Shown here: one piece after another, positions 1-10,118 of the stretch | How the letters are laid out: the number at the start of each line of letters is the position of its first letter | Numbering within the stretch: position 1 is the stretch's first letter | Virus record (IMG/VR): IMGVR_UViG_3300007280_000474 | From: a virus | Lineage: Duplodnaviria; Caudoviricetes | Strand: one strand, 5' to 3' | Length of the DNA: 64,000 bases | Notes under the pieces: generated by a model | Told to the model about the DNA's origin: nothing | The model's input: only the letters and a program-made list of their open reading frames with translations | Database searches by the model: none | Program-made: the position numbers and the translations under genes

Positions 1-123
1 GCCTAGTTTATCTGCTAGTACAGCACCATAACAATTTGCTCTGTTGTATTCGCTATCTTGTGAGCCATCTATTTCTGAGCCACTGGTGTGACTACACCCT
101 GCTACTAATAATATTTTATCCAT
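1..123 (-). CDS. Partial SGNH/GDSL-like protein (runs off the window start)
   Basis: Not in the ORF track; ATG at 123 gives MDKILLVAGCSHTSGSEIDG...LADKLG with a GCS block-I motif. Confidence 0.55.
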   Translation of the reverse strand, partial: MDKILLVAGCSHTSGSEIDGSQDSEYNRANCYGAVLADKLG

Positions 124-724
124 TCATCTTATCCCTAAACACTGGCATGTCTGGTAGGAAAGGATAGTCTTTCCAACTCCATGTAGGCCATTTCTCTTTC
201 GATACTACAGGCAATTTATCCAAACCCATTTGTGCAGTTTCTGGTGTCATGTAATAATGATATCCAATTGTGTCTATGGCTTGATCTCCCCATGGTTGAT
301 CATCTACTCTGCCATCGTACGCCATCTTCTTTAGTGCGTCATAATCACTTTCGTAGTGACACAGTATAGCACCACCTCTGCCTAAACTCAAGGGCTTTTT
401 AAACTGAAAACTTAAACATGTAAAACTTAGTGGAATATAACTATGAGGTCGAAAGTCCACAGCCGCATCAATGATGTCTGTGTTGCCTAGTGTGTAATAA
501 TTTTCCCATTCAGTGTTTTCCCAGTGCCAATCGAGCCCTAGTTTTTCACACACAAAAGGTATACTGATATATGTGTGAGTAGGTATGCCAACTGATGTTG
601 TTGGTCTCATGTATCGCAAACATAGTTCAACTGCATGTGTACAGCAATCAACAGCAACAGCATAAGGTGCATCATAGTAATCGGCTATTGCACGTTCAAA
701 GTCTCTTACAATTTTAAAGCTCAT
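116..724 (-). CDS. DegT/DnrJ/EryC1/StrS-family PLP aminotransferase (short phage form)
   Basis: AVAVDCCTHA, IIDAA, LSFQFKKPLSLGRGG, GYHYYM motifs. Confidence 0.8.
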   Translation of the reverse strand: MSFKIVRDFERAIADYYDAPYAVAVDCCTHAVELCLRYMRPTTSVGIPTHTYISIPFVCEKLGLDWHWENTEWENYYTLGNTDIIDAAVDFRPHSYIPLSFTCLSFQFKKPLSLGRGGAILCHYESDYDALKKMAYDGRVDDQPWGDQAIDTIGYHYYMTPETAQMGLDKLPVVSKEKWPTWSWKDYPFLPDMPVFRDKMNG

Positions 725-738
725 GTACTACTTCCTTT

Positions 739-763
739 GATAAATATTAAAACAGTATTTATC
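739..763. promoter_or_regulatory. Pair of oppositely oriented T4-type late promoters (GATAAATA)
   Basis: GATAAATA at 739-746 (+) and its reverse complement at 756-763, between divergent genes. Confidence 0.6.
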
Positions 764-783
764 GGTAAGGAAACACACACATA

Positions 784-1998
784 ATGAAAACAGAACGTGC
801 GATAGTTTTTAGAGAAGTTTGGCGCCACGACTTCACAGTACAAAAACTAATTAATTTAGTTCACGAATACAAAAATACAGATATAGTGGTTGATTGTGCT
901 AAGGAATCTACACTACACCATAGAGAAGTAGGCATAAACATACCATGGGAAGAAATAGTAGATGCTAAGTTTAAGAATAATAATACAGTACATGTAATAA
1001 CAGGCAATTTTTCTAGTTATTCTACAGAATGGAATCATCCTAATGACATAGAAATTAACAGACCAGGTCGGTCGATAGGAGATAAACATTTTGAGCAAGC
1101 AGTAAAATATGGTCTGATAGATCAAGTACATTGTTGGCCCACATATTTTTTAGCATGGAATGGATTTAAAGTATTTAGATCAATCGAAAAAGCATACGTT
1201 GATCCTCTAAAAGAAAAGTTATTTTTTTGTGCAGTAAGACAAGCAAAACCGCATCGAATGTTACTGTTGGATGAATTAGAAAAACGTAAATTACTTGATC
1301 GCGATATTTCTGGCTTTACATGTTTAGATCCTCTCAAAGTCTGGAAGAAAAATTTAGATTTAGTAGGCGGAACGGATTACTATCAAGGGGAAGTTGAATT
1401 ACCCCCACTAGTATCAGAAAACAGTGATCTTTATGGTACCCCACCTAATGTAATGAAAAAATGTCTTATCAATGTTGTGTCAGAAACATCTATTGATAGT
1501 CGTTTTTGGACAGAAAAAACAGTATGGCCTATTGTATATCAGATGCCATTTTTAATACACGGAACAAGACATATAAACAACAGATTGAAGGCTATCGGTT
1601 TTAAACTGTTTGATGAACTCATTGATTATTCATTTGACAGCATTGTATCTCCAAGAGAACGTACAGTTGCAATAGCAGAAGAACTTAAACGTTTAGCAGA
1701 CTTGAATTTGAATTATGAAGAAGTATTTGAATCCCAGAGACCTATAGCAGAACATAATCTTTGGCGATTAATAGAGTTGTATCACAATGATGAATACATG
1801 CCAGGGTTTGTGAGGAATGCCAGCGATAGACTAGTTAGAGCTACTTTCGATGACACAAAACCAGAAGGTGCGCCAATAATTGATCCTATAATAGGCAGTT
1901 GGTTGCCTTTTACTGAGAACAATGGACGTAACCAAAAAGCAGTAGACCTCTATAGAGACAATCCATACTTACGCAAGTTATTCAAAGACCGGTTATAA
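784..1998 (+). CDS. Hypothetical glycan-island protein (glycosyltransferase-like C-terminus)
   Basis: INVVSET...FWTEKTVWPI...PFLIHG...GFKLFDELIDYSFD, a pattern recurrent in phage glycan islands. Confidence 0.5.
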   Translation: MKTERAIVFREVWRHDFTVQKLINLVHEYKNTDIVVDCAKESTLHHREVGINIPWEEIVDAKFKNNNTVHVITGNFSSYSTEWNHPNDIEINRPGRSIGDKHFEQAVKYGLIDQVHCWPTYFLAWNGFKVFRSIEKAYVDPLKEKLFFCAVRQAKPHRMLLLDELEKRKLLDRDISGFTCLDPLKVWKKNLDLVGGTDYYQGEVELPPLVSENSDLYGTPPNVMKKCLINVVSETSIDSRFWTEKTVWPIVYQMPFLIHGTRHINNRLKAIGFKLFDELIDYSFDSIVSPRERTVAIAEELKRLADLNLNYEEVFESQRPIAEHNLWRLIELYHNDEYMPGFVRNASDRLVRATFDDTKPEGAPIIDPIIGSWLPFTENNGRNQKAVDLYRDNPYLRKLFKDRL

Positions 1999-2001
1999 AT
2001 A
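1994..2001 (+). promoter_or_regulatory. T4-type late promoter TATAAATA
   Basis: Exact T4 late consensus upstream of SD AAGGAG and ATG 2028. Confidence 0.65.
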
Positions 2002-2027
2002 GTTGTACTGAGATTAAGGAGTTTGCT

Positions 2028-2255
2028 ATGTCAGAAACACATGAAGGTTCAATGGGCACCGATAGAATACCACCAAGTGGTACAGAAAGAAACTATAAAG
2101 ATAAGCAACAGGACCTAACTGAACTAAACAGTGATGGTAACAGAGAGCGTGGCCGTTATGGCGAAGACGAATCTGCTGAGGCTAAAGCAAGAGAAGCGGA
2201 ATTAAAAAAACGTATTGAGGAATTACGCAAGAGAGATCCTTTCATCTATAAATGA
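2028..2255 (+). CDS. Hypothetical protein
   Basis: 75-aa ORF with SD AAGGAG. Confidence 0.65.
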   Translation: MSETHEGSMGTDRIPPSGTERNYKDKQQDLTELNSDGNRERGRYGEDESAEAKAREAELKKRIEELRKRDPFIYK

Positions 2256-2413
2256 TTACACCCTGCGTACAAGTTTGTACTATAAACAAACACAATGTAT
2301 GCACAGGCTGTAAACGTACGGTAAAAGAAATCTCAAATTGGACAAGATATAGTCCAAGTAAACGTAAACAAATAATGCGTGAGTTAAAACACAGAGACAT
2401 ACATAAAGAATGA
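2252..2413 (+). CDS. DUF1289-like small Cys-rich (putative Fe-S) protein
   Basis: Not in the ORF track; MITPCVQVCTINKHNVCTGCKRTVKEISNW (PCxxxC...CxGCxRTxxEIxxW); ATGA overlaps on both sides. Confidence 0.75.
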   Translation: MITPCVQVCTINKHNVCTGCKRTVKEISNWTRYSPSKRKQIMRELKHRDIHKE

Positions 2414-3921
2414 TAATACTAGGAATAAGTTCAGGCTTTCACGATGCGGCAGTAACAGTCGTCAAAAGCGGCAAAGTGTTATTTGCAGGACACAGTGAAA
2501 GATACAGTAAACAAAAAAACGATGCATTTCTCAATGATGAATTAATCAATGCAGCGTTAGAGCATGGCAAGCCAGATGTTATAGTATTACACGAAAACAG
2601 TCGTGCTAAAAAGTTGAGAGGATTGTTATCGGGCGATTTCAACACATTCAAGGAATTATCTCAAGAACAATGGATCAAAGAGTTCTATCCACAGTTAGCA
2701 GGCATTCCAATTAAAAGTTATTGGCACCATGAAACACATGCCGCGGCTGGTATCTTAACAAGCAATTTTGCTGAAAGTGCAATAATGGTTATCGACGCAA
2801 TTGGTGAATTCGATACAGCAACCATTTGGCACTACAAGGGCAAAGAACTTAAAAAATTACATAGCACTAGATATCCTAGCAGTTTAGGTTTATTTTATAC
2901 AGCAGTTACACACAGAGTAGGCTTAAAGCCAAACGAAGATGAATATATTTTAATGGGTATGGCTGCATACGGCGACCCAATACAAGCTGCAAAGTTAAGC
3001 AGACAAATGGGCAAAGACTTTTTCAAACATGAGTGGGCATGGAGCAAACCTGCTGAAACAGTTAAAATGAAAAAGAATTTGCAAAAGGGCATGAACCCTA
3101 AAATGTATGAGGAGTACGATGACTTCACTATTGCAATGGCAGCACAAATGCAAATTGAGGAACGTATACTTGCATACGCAGAACATGCCAGAGAGTTAAC
3201 AGGTTCCAACAACTTAGTGTTCATGGGCGGAGTTGCATTAAATTGTGTTGCTAACAGCAGACTAAAAGAAGTAGGGTTTGAGCAATTACACATCATGCCT
3301 AACCCAGGTGATGCTGGTAGCAGTTTAGGTGCCGCCGCTTTAGAATACTTTAATCAAACAGAACGTAAAATTAAATGGGAAGGACCTTACTTGGGTAAAA
3401 ACATTCCAGGTAGTTATCCTGTAAATGCCGCTCTAGCAAGTTTAGAGAAAGGTGAACTGTTTGGTATAGCAAATGGTAGAGCAGAGTTTGGACCTCGAGC
3501 ATTAGGTAATAGAAGTTTATGTGCAGACCCACGTGGTGATGAGATACAAGACCGCATGAACGAAATCAAAAAGAGACAAGAGTTTAGACCATTTGCTCCA
3601 GTTATATTAGAAGAGTTTGCAGACCAATACTTTGACATGCCTGTAGAGACAAGTCCTTACATGCAATATGTAGCACGTTGTAAATATCCAGAGCAGTTTC
3701 CTGCTATTGTACACAAAGATGGTACAAGCAGAGTACAAACAGTATCTCAAAAACAACACCCAGGGCTATACATGTTGCTGAGAGAGTTCTACAAGCGAAC
3801 AGGATGCCCAATGATACTTAATACAAGTTTAAATATTAAAGGACAACCAATCGTTAATGATGTAGAGGATGCGGCTTTGTTTGCAAAACAATACGGTGTA
3901 CCTGTACACATAAGTGATTAA
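2410..3921 (+). CDS. Carbamoyltransferase (NodU/CmcH family)
   Basis: GFHDAA, ERYS, HHETHA, GGVALNC, GDAG, EFGPRALGNRS, FRPFAP, NTSLN. Confidence 0.95.
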   Translation: MIILGISSGFHDAAVTVVKSGKVLFAGHSERYSKQKNDAFLNDELINAALEHGKPDVIVLHENSRAKKLRGLLSGDFNTFKELSQEQWIKEFYPQLAGIPIKSYWHHETHAAAGILTSNFAESAIMVIDAIGEFDTATIWHYKGKELKKLHSTRYPSSLGLFYTAVTHRVGLKPNEDEYILMGMAAYGDPIQAAKLSRQMGKDFFKHEWAWSKPAETVKMKKNLQKGMNPKMYEEYDDFTIAMAAQMQIEERILAYAEHARELTGSNNLVFMGGVALNCVANSRLKEVGFEQLHIMPNPGDAGSSLGAAALEYFNQTERKIKWEGPYLGKNIPGSYPVNAALASLEKGELFGIANGRAEFGPRALGNRSLCADPRGDEIQDRMNEIKKRQEFRPFAPVILEEFADQYFDMPVETSPYMQYVARCKYPEQFPAIVHKDGTSRVQTVSQKQHPGLYMLLREFYKRTGCPMILNTSLNIKGQPIVNDVEDAALFAKQYGVPVHISD

Positions 3922-6900
3922 TATGTTTGATATATTTTATATTGGCGAAAACCAGCAACTCAAAAATCAATTACCCTTCGCAAAGCAAGTAGACTCCGCT
4001 GACGTTGCCACCCCTAATACCAAAATGTTTTGGCTTATAGAGCCTAACATTGAACTCAGTGATTTTGGTGTACTTGAATTTAGACCTCCGCAACATGATC
4101 AACATTATGAGCATGTATGGAAATGGGATAATATAAACTACGGTGGGCTACGTTTAATGCCTACTCAAGAATCACAAGGTGTTAAAGAAGTTAACAAAGT
4201 AGTATGTAGAAAGAAGTTTGACATACTACACACTAAAACACCTGGCAAATATTTTGAAAAGAATCCATATGCTACACACGTCTGGTGTGTAGATAAAGAA
4301 TATGCCTTCAATGACGACATTGATTGGGCACCCAGTAACTTTGAACCAGACTTTATACATACATTCCATTTGCGTGGACAACTAGAACATAAGTATCCAG
4401 AGCAAGAGGGTGGTATCAAATTATATCCTAAAAATTGGAAAAATGCTGATATCAAGTATCACACATTCTTGGATGCAAGTGCGAAGTATCCTGTAATGTT
4501 TGTCGAAGATCCTGAAGATTACTCACAACGTGATGTACACGATGATGATTATGTCTGGTTAATAGACAAAGAACACCGCATTGACGAAAGCACAATCGAC
4601 TGGGTGCCTAATCCTTTTGAAGGAGAATTTATACACAGTTTTAGAATGCCTAATCAACTACAGGAAAAGACTTGGAGTTATAATCATCCTACAAGCGATA
4701 GACGTTTAGGCGGTATTAGACTTGTACCTCGTAATTGGAAAAAGTCATTTGAGTTAATAGAGAATGGACTTGTTATACACAACGACTGTCCTATAGATGA
4801 TGAGTCATATGATGTTTACTTTATTGACGAGGACGACTTCAATGCAGACACATATCAAGATCTTGCAGATAGAAGTAAGACAGAATGGTTTTGGGTAGTG
4901 GACAGAGAGTATGACTTTAACGGTAAACTGTTGTTTATACCACAGGAACACGAACTAGATTATATACATGTATTCAAAGTACCAGACATGCTGGAAGAAC
5001 GTTATCCACTTGACATTGAAGAACCATGGGATAATAGATGCGGTGGTGTTCGTTTAGTTAATAAAAACTTTGATATGACCAAGCACAAATATCAGCCAGG
5101 TATTGTGCCTGTTAAGTATGATATATTTTACACAGATGATCCTAAACAGTTTGGTACATTTGCTCGCAAAAGCAAGACAAAAATGTTTTGGCTTATTGAC
5201 AACGAATATCAACTAGACAATAATTTTAAAGTTGTAGTTCCTAAGCATGAACAAAAGTTTATGCTAAACTATCAAGTAGAACAATTACAACATAAGTATC
5301 CAGAACAAGAAGGCGGCATATACTTAGTGCCTAAGAGTGCTAATGCTGATACACAAATCAAGTATAAAGGACAATTAGAAAAAGTTTCAGTTGCTAAGTA
5401 TCCAGTTGTTCGTGTAAGCGACATTGATAACTTTGGACAGATAAATGAGGACTGCTGGATTGTTGATGAGGAATATCAAATAGAGGATAACATCGATTGG
5501 GCTCCTAGTGTGTTTGAGAAAAATAGCATGCACACATTCCATGTAGGAGATCAGTTAAGACACAAATACCCAGATAGAATGGGCGGTGTTAGATGGGTAC
5601 CTTTAGTGTGGGACGGTAACGTTGCTATACACGATGAAGCATTAGACATTGCTAAACAGTATCCTATTAAACGTGTTAAAGATGTAACAGACTTGAGTGT
5701 TGTTACTACTGACTGCTGGTTAGTAGATGAGGAGTATCAATTAGAAGATAAGTTTACTTGGGTACCGACTGTATTTGAAAAAGAGAGCATACACACATTC
5801 CACTTTGGTGATCAACTAAAACATAAGTATCCTGAAGAGATGGGTGGTATACGTTGGGTACCAAAAGAGTGGAACAACGAATACATTATACATGAAAGTT
5901 TAGAAGGTGCACAAAAACTTTATCCAGTTAAGTTTGTTGATGACCCAAGTGTTGCACCAGAGTCAAACAAGCCATGTTGGCAAGTTGACAAGGCTTATAG
6001 AATCAATGACAGTATTAATTGGGTACCAGGAGACTTTGACAAAGACAAAGTACATGTATTCCATATATTTGAACAGTTAACAACCAAGTACACAGAAAAG
6101 ATGGGTGGTGCATATTGGTGGCCCGGTAACGAATGGGACTACCAGATTAAAGTACATGAAGATCCGTTACGTCTTGCTGTTGATCCTTATCCAGTTATGT
6201 TTGTTGAAGACCCAACTGACTTTAGTGTAGTCACAGAAGACTGTTGGTTAGTGGATAAAGAATACGAACTTGATGAAAAAATAAATGTTGTGCCGTATCA
6301 AAATGAATCAGAGATGAGCATGGTTCATACATACCATGTGTCAGGACAACTAGAACACAAATACCCTGAAGCAATGGGCGGTATATACTGGGTACCAAAA
6401 GATCATGTAGATGCAGATATTAAAATACACGAAGAGTCATTACAAATAGATAGAACTTTCCCGGTATACTTTGTACAAGACCCAACTGACTTTAGTCAAG
6501 TTACTGAGGATTGTTGGTTAGTAGATGAGGAGTATGAAATAGATCCTAACATTACATATCTACCATGGGGTTCGTGGAAAGACAAGTGGCAAGCAGATGC
6601 TGAACGCAAGTTAATTCATGTGTATCATGTTAAAGGACAGTTAGCACACAAATATCCAGAAGCAATGGGTGGTGTGTATTATGTACCTAAGAACTGGAAA
6701 GATGCAGAAACAAAGATCCATGAGAATACACCGTTTGGTGACACATTTAAATTTGATGTATTTGACAACGAAGAACAAGGTCGTAAAGAAAGCACAACTG
6801 GTTGGTTCTGGGTTATAGAATCAGACGTTGAACTATTACCTGATTTTAACTTGGATTTTGTACCGCAAGTTTGGGATAAAGGCAAGAAGCATGTATGGCA

Positions 6901-8401
6901 AAAACTGAATCCTAAAACAGGTAGACAGTACGATTATAGTGGTGTGTCATTGTGTCATAAGGAGCCTGCTGAAAAAGGTAGACCTAAATTCATACGCGAG
7001 CCTGCTTGTACGCAACGCGAGTACCCCGTTTATCACTTAGAGGCATCAGATTACAGCGATACACTAGACGCCGCTTACAGACGCTTGTGTGCGGCTACAG
7101 ACACCAAAATGTTCTGGGTAGTAGACTTACATACCCAATTATCACCGGACTTTGACTTCGCTTATTACCCTACACAATACGATGTAGGCTATATGCACGT
7201 CTTTTTAAACGAAGATGGCGAGCATAAGAACGTTAGATTAGTGCCTAAAGAACTGTTTGAGGAGTGGGAATACACTGACGAACAGATACTAAACAACAGT
7301 TTAGGCAACATGAAAATGATGACTGTAGAGGCTAGTTTACGTCCTAAGTGGCCTATTATTAGACTAGATGATTACAACAAAGAAGACTTTATTAGCGAAT
7401 TAGAAAGTTATAGAGATGGGTTTGAAACAGGTGAACCAGTGCCATTTGTGTGGTCAGTAGACCCAAACACAGACATTGATGTACAAGGATCACCAGTAAA
7501 GTTAGGATTCTCACCGAAAGTATCTGATATAACAAAAGTACATGCATGGCAAAAAGTTAATGATCAAACTAACAGTGTACATGGATATGGCGGACTTAGA
7601 CTATGGCCCACTAATGGCGATTACAGTAAGTTAACATCAGAAGCACTAAGACTGAACAAAATTAAGAACATACAATATGTCAGAGAGCATGGTAGTATTA
7701 CAGATATGTACGACATAGTGTTCTTGAGTTATAACGAGCCTAAAGCAGAACAACGTTATGAGAAGTTACAAGAACGTGTAGAACAAATATCTACTGTGAG
7801 CAAACGCAAGCCTAATCTTATATGGGTCAAAGACATTGATGGTATATTCAATGCACACCAACATGCCGCTAATCAAGTTAGCAGTAGAATGTTTTGGGTG
7901 ATTGACGGTGATGCTGATTTAGTAGATGAGTTCAACTTTGAATACTTACCTGATGTATACGACGAAGATGTTGTGCATGTATGGAACAGTATCAACAAAG
8001 TAAATGGTTTAGAATACGGTTACGGTGGTGTTAAACTGTTCCCAACTGAGATGGTTAGGGAAGCAACATCATGGGGATTAGACTTCACTACAGGGCTTAG
8101 TTCTAGGTTTAAGGCTATTCCTGATATTAGTTGTTACACATCGTTCAACACAGACGCTTACAGCACGTGGAGAAGCGCCTTTAGAGAGTGTGTTAAACTA
8201 TCACTCAAAGACGATTCAGAGAGTACAGAACGTTTAGATGCATGGTTACATCCTAATCCAGATGCAGACTTTAGGCATGATGCTAAACGTGGTGCAGAGG
8301 AAGCCGTTGCATTTGCTAAACAGTACAAAGACGATCCAGAAACACTAGCCAACATCAACGACTTTAAGTGGTTAGAACAATACTACAATGAGCAAAATTA
8401 A
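3914..8401 (+). CDS. Large protein of about 14 tandem GT-A-like modules; intact glycosyltransferase-like C-terminal module
   Basis: Repeated Y[P/D]V-F...W-VD-EY...P...H-F...GG---P units; last unit YDIVFLSYNE...FWVIDGDA carries a DxD. Confidence 0.7.
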   Translation: MINMFDIFYIGENQQLKNQLPFAKQVDSADVATPNTKMFWLIEPNIELSDFGVLEFRPPQHDQHYEHVWKWDNINYGGLRLMPTQESQGVKEVNKVVCRKKFDILHTKTPGKYFEKNPYATHVWCVDKEYAFNDDIDWAPSNFEPDFIHTFHLRGQLEHKYPEQEGGIKLYPKNWKNADIKYHTFLDASAKYPVMFVEDPEDYSQRDVHDDDYVWLIDKEHRIDESTIDWVPNPFEGEFIHSFRMPNQLQEKTWSYNHPTSDRRLGGIRLVPRNWKKSFELIENGLVIHNDCPIDDESYDVYFIDEDDFNADTYQDLADRSKTEWFWVVDREYDFNGKLLFIPQEHELDYIHVFKVPDMLEERYPLDIEEPWDNRCGGVRLVNKNFDMTKHKYQPGIVPVKYDIFYTDDPKQFGTFARKSKTKMFWLIDNEYQLDNNFKVVVPKHEQKFMLNYQVEQLQHKYPEQEGGIYLVPKSANADTQIKYKGQLEKVSVAKYPVVRVSDIDNFGQINEDCWIVDEEYQIEDNIDWAPSVFEKNSMHTFHVGDQLRHKYPDRMGGVRWVPLVWDGNVAIHDEALDIAKQYPIKRVKDVTDLSVVTTDCWLVDEEYQLEDKFTWVPTVFEKESIHTFHFGDQLKHKYPEEMGGIRWVPKEWNNEYIIHESLEGAQKLYPVKFVDDPSVAPESNKPCWQVDKAYRINDSINWVPGDFDKDKVHVFHIFEQLTTKYTEKMGGAYWWPGNEWDYQIKVHEDPLRLAVDPYPVMFVEDPTDFSVVTEDCWLVDKEYELDEKINVVPYQNESEMSMVHTYHVSGQLEHKYPEAMGGIYWVPKDHVDADIKIHEESLQIDRTFPVYFVQDPTDFSQVTEDCWLVDEEYEIDPNITYLPWGSWKDKWQADAERKLIHVYHVKGQLAHKYPEAMGGVYYVPKNWKDAETKIHENTPFGDTFKFDVFDNEEQGRKESTTGWFWVIESDVELLPDFNLDFVPQVWDKGKKHVWQKLNPKTGRQYDYSGVSLCHKEPAEKGRPKFIREPACTQREYPVYHLEASDYSDTLDAAYRRLCAATDTKMFWVVDLHTQLSPDFDFAYYPTQYDVGYMHVFLNEDGEHKNVRLVPKELFEEWEYTDEQILNNSLGNMKMMTVEASLRPKWPIIRLDDYNKEDFISELESYRDGFETGEPVPFVWSVDPNTDIDVQGSPVKLGFSPKVSDITKVHAWQKVNDQTNSVHGYGGLRLWPTNGDYSKLTSEALRLNKIKNIQYVREHGSITDMYDIVFLSYNEPKAEQRYEKLQERVEQISTVSKRKPNLIWVKDIDGIFNAHQHAANQVSSRMFWVIDGDADLVDEFNFEYLPDVYDEDVVHVWNSINKVNGLEYGYGGVKLFPTEMVREATSWGLDFTTGLSSRFKAIPDISCYTSFNTDAYSTWRSAFRECVKLSLKDDSESTERLDAWLHPNPDADFRHDAKRGAEEAVAFAKQYKDDPETLANINDFKWLEQYYNEQN

Positions 8402-9050
8402 TTTAGAGACTTGGGAAGACGTTAGAGTATGGTGCGACAAATATGGTACCGTGCCTCCCACAGTTGTTGAAAAAATTAACAGTGGCTTATATCCTAGAGA
8501 TGCATTCAGCCTAGGACAGTTAGCAAGTAAGTTTTGGTTACTTAATTGTTTAGAAGTACAAGAAGTACCACAGAATGCTACATGGGCCATACTAGGTTGT
8601 TGGATAGGCAGTCTAGTTCCTTTTATATGCAAGAAGCAAGCAGTAGAACGCATATACGGCTTTGACATGGACCCTGTAGCAATTACCAAAGCAGAAATGT
8701 TTAATGACCGTTATTTAGATGGCTGGAAGTTTAAAGGCGTTGTACAAGATTTAGAATACCTCGACACAGGTAATATGGAGTTCCAAACAGGCGGTGAACT
8801 TATTCAAGTTACGCCAGACATAGTGATCAATACTAGTTGCGAACATATGAACACACATTGGTTTGACTCAGCAGACTCTGATCAACTCATAATTATGCAA
8901 ACAAATAACTCAGAAGAGTTTGACGGGCACATCAATGTGTGTTATACTGTAGAACAGATGCAAGAGCGTTACCCGATGAGTAACTGTCTCTTTGCAGGAG
9001 AAATGGTTACACCCGTTTACTCCAGGTTTATGCAAATAGGATACAAGTAA
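8388..9050 (+). CDS. Class I SAM-dependent methyltransferase-like protein
   Basis: AILGCWIG motif I, FDMD, DIVINTSCEH. Confidence 0.7.
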   Translation: MSKINLETWEDVRVWCDKYGTVPPTVVEKINSGLYPRDAFSLGQLASKFWLLNCLEVQEVPQNATWAILGCWIGSLVPFICKKQAVERIYGFDMDPVAITKAEMFNDRYLDGWKFKGVVQDLEYLDTGNMEFQTGGELIQVTPDIVINTSCEHMNTHWFDSADSDQLIIMQTNNSEEFDGHINVCYTVEQMQERYPMSNCLFAGEMVTPVYSRFMQIGYK

Positions 9051-9572
9051 GTGAAAACCAAAGTTATTAACCTCTACGGAGGACCCTCGAGCGGAAAGAG
9101 CACACAGGCAAGTGGCTTGTTCTACAAAATGAAACAGCAAGGTTACAATGTAGAACTAGTAAATGAGTTTGCCAAGGAATGTGTATGGGAAGACAATGTA
9201 CCAATGCTGAAGGATCAGTTATGGGTATTAGCACACCAGCACCGTAAATTAGTACGTTTAAGAGACAAAGTAGACTACATTATCACAGATAGCCCTGTGT
9301 TGCTTAGTGTTGCTTACAGGACGGTTTATGACGGTCCTATGTACACTGATGCTATCGATGTACTAGCAAAAGAATGCTACGACATGTACGATAACTTAAA
9401 CGTATATCTAAACAGAACAACAGAGTTTACTGAAGAAGGTAGAGCTCAAGACTTAGAACATTCAGTACACATAGACAATCACATACTTACAATACTAGAG
9501 GATATGCAAGTACCATACTTTCGTTTGGATGTCGATAACGAAACTGTACCAAAAGTACTAAGGTTGCTTTAG
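9051..9572 (+). CDS. NadR/AAA_28-like P-loop nucleotide kinase
   Basis: GGPSSGKST, EFAKE, IITDSP. Confidence 0.8.
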   Translation: MKTKVINLYGGPSSGKSTQASGLFYKMKQQGYNVELVNEFAKECVWEDNVPMLKDQLWVLAHQHRKLVRLRDKVDYIITDSPVLLSVAYRTVYDGPMYTDAIDVLAKECYDMYDNLNVYLNRTTEFTEEGRAQDLEHSVHIDNHILTILEDMQVPYFRLDVDNETVPKVLRLL

Positions 9573-9736
9573 TGTATCTATGTATTTGTAATGCTGTTAA
9601 AGAAGGTGACAAAGAACGTTACCACCTCATAGGTACCAATTGTGGTAAGTGTAAACTACATTGGCCTGATCCTAAACTTCCACCAATCAACTTATACAAC
9701 GCACCGAAAATAAAGTCAAAAAAAAGCACCCCTTAG
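9572..9736 (+). CDS. Minimal Bfd-like [2Fe-2S] protein
   Basis: Not in the ORF track; GTG start overlapping the previous stop; MYLCICNAV...GTNCGKC. Confidence 0.65.
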   Translation: MYLCICNAVKEGDKERYHLIGTNCGKCKLHWPDPKLPPINLYNAPKIKSKKSTP

Positions 9737-9743
9737 GGTGCTT
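9718..9743 (-). terminator. Intrinsic terminator (probably bidirectional)
   Basis: AAAGCACCC-CTTA-GGGTGCTTT hairpin with a T8 tract on the minus strand, between convergent genes. Confidence 0.8.
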
Positions 9744-9749
9744 TAAGTT

Positions 9750-10079
9750 TTAGAAGTATTTGGCAAAAATACTATCTGAGCCTTCCTGTAAAGATGTCAT
9801 AATCAAATCTAAGTCTAGTGTTACCTCTACTAGTTGAATACGACCTTTACGGTCTATTTTATTAAGCCATTCAGTCATCCCGTCTACTGTAAAGTTTTCT
9901 TCGAGATTCTCAGTATCAAATTCCATGACTTGTTCTGTATCGAACGTTACAGTTATTTTATCAATAAACTGCTTCGGAATTTCTGTTGGATTTATGCCTT
10001 GTAAAATGTTATTCGAGCTATTCTTTCCATTCTTCGACTTACCGATCAACACCACACGAGCGGCTCCGTTGGTCATCAT
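9750..10079 (-). CDS. Hypothetical protein
   Basis: 109-aa ORF downstream of TATAAATA (10116-10123). Confidence 0.6.
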   Translation of the reverse strand: MMTNGAARVVLIGKSKNGKNSSNNILQGINPTEIPKQFIDKITVTFDTEQVMEFDTENLEENFTVDGMTEWLNKIDRKGRIQLVEVTLDLDLIMTSLQEGSDSIFAKYF

Positions 10080-10118
10080 AATGATCCCTTATATTAAAAA
10101 AGTGTGTTACTTATATAT

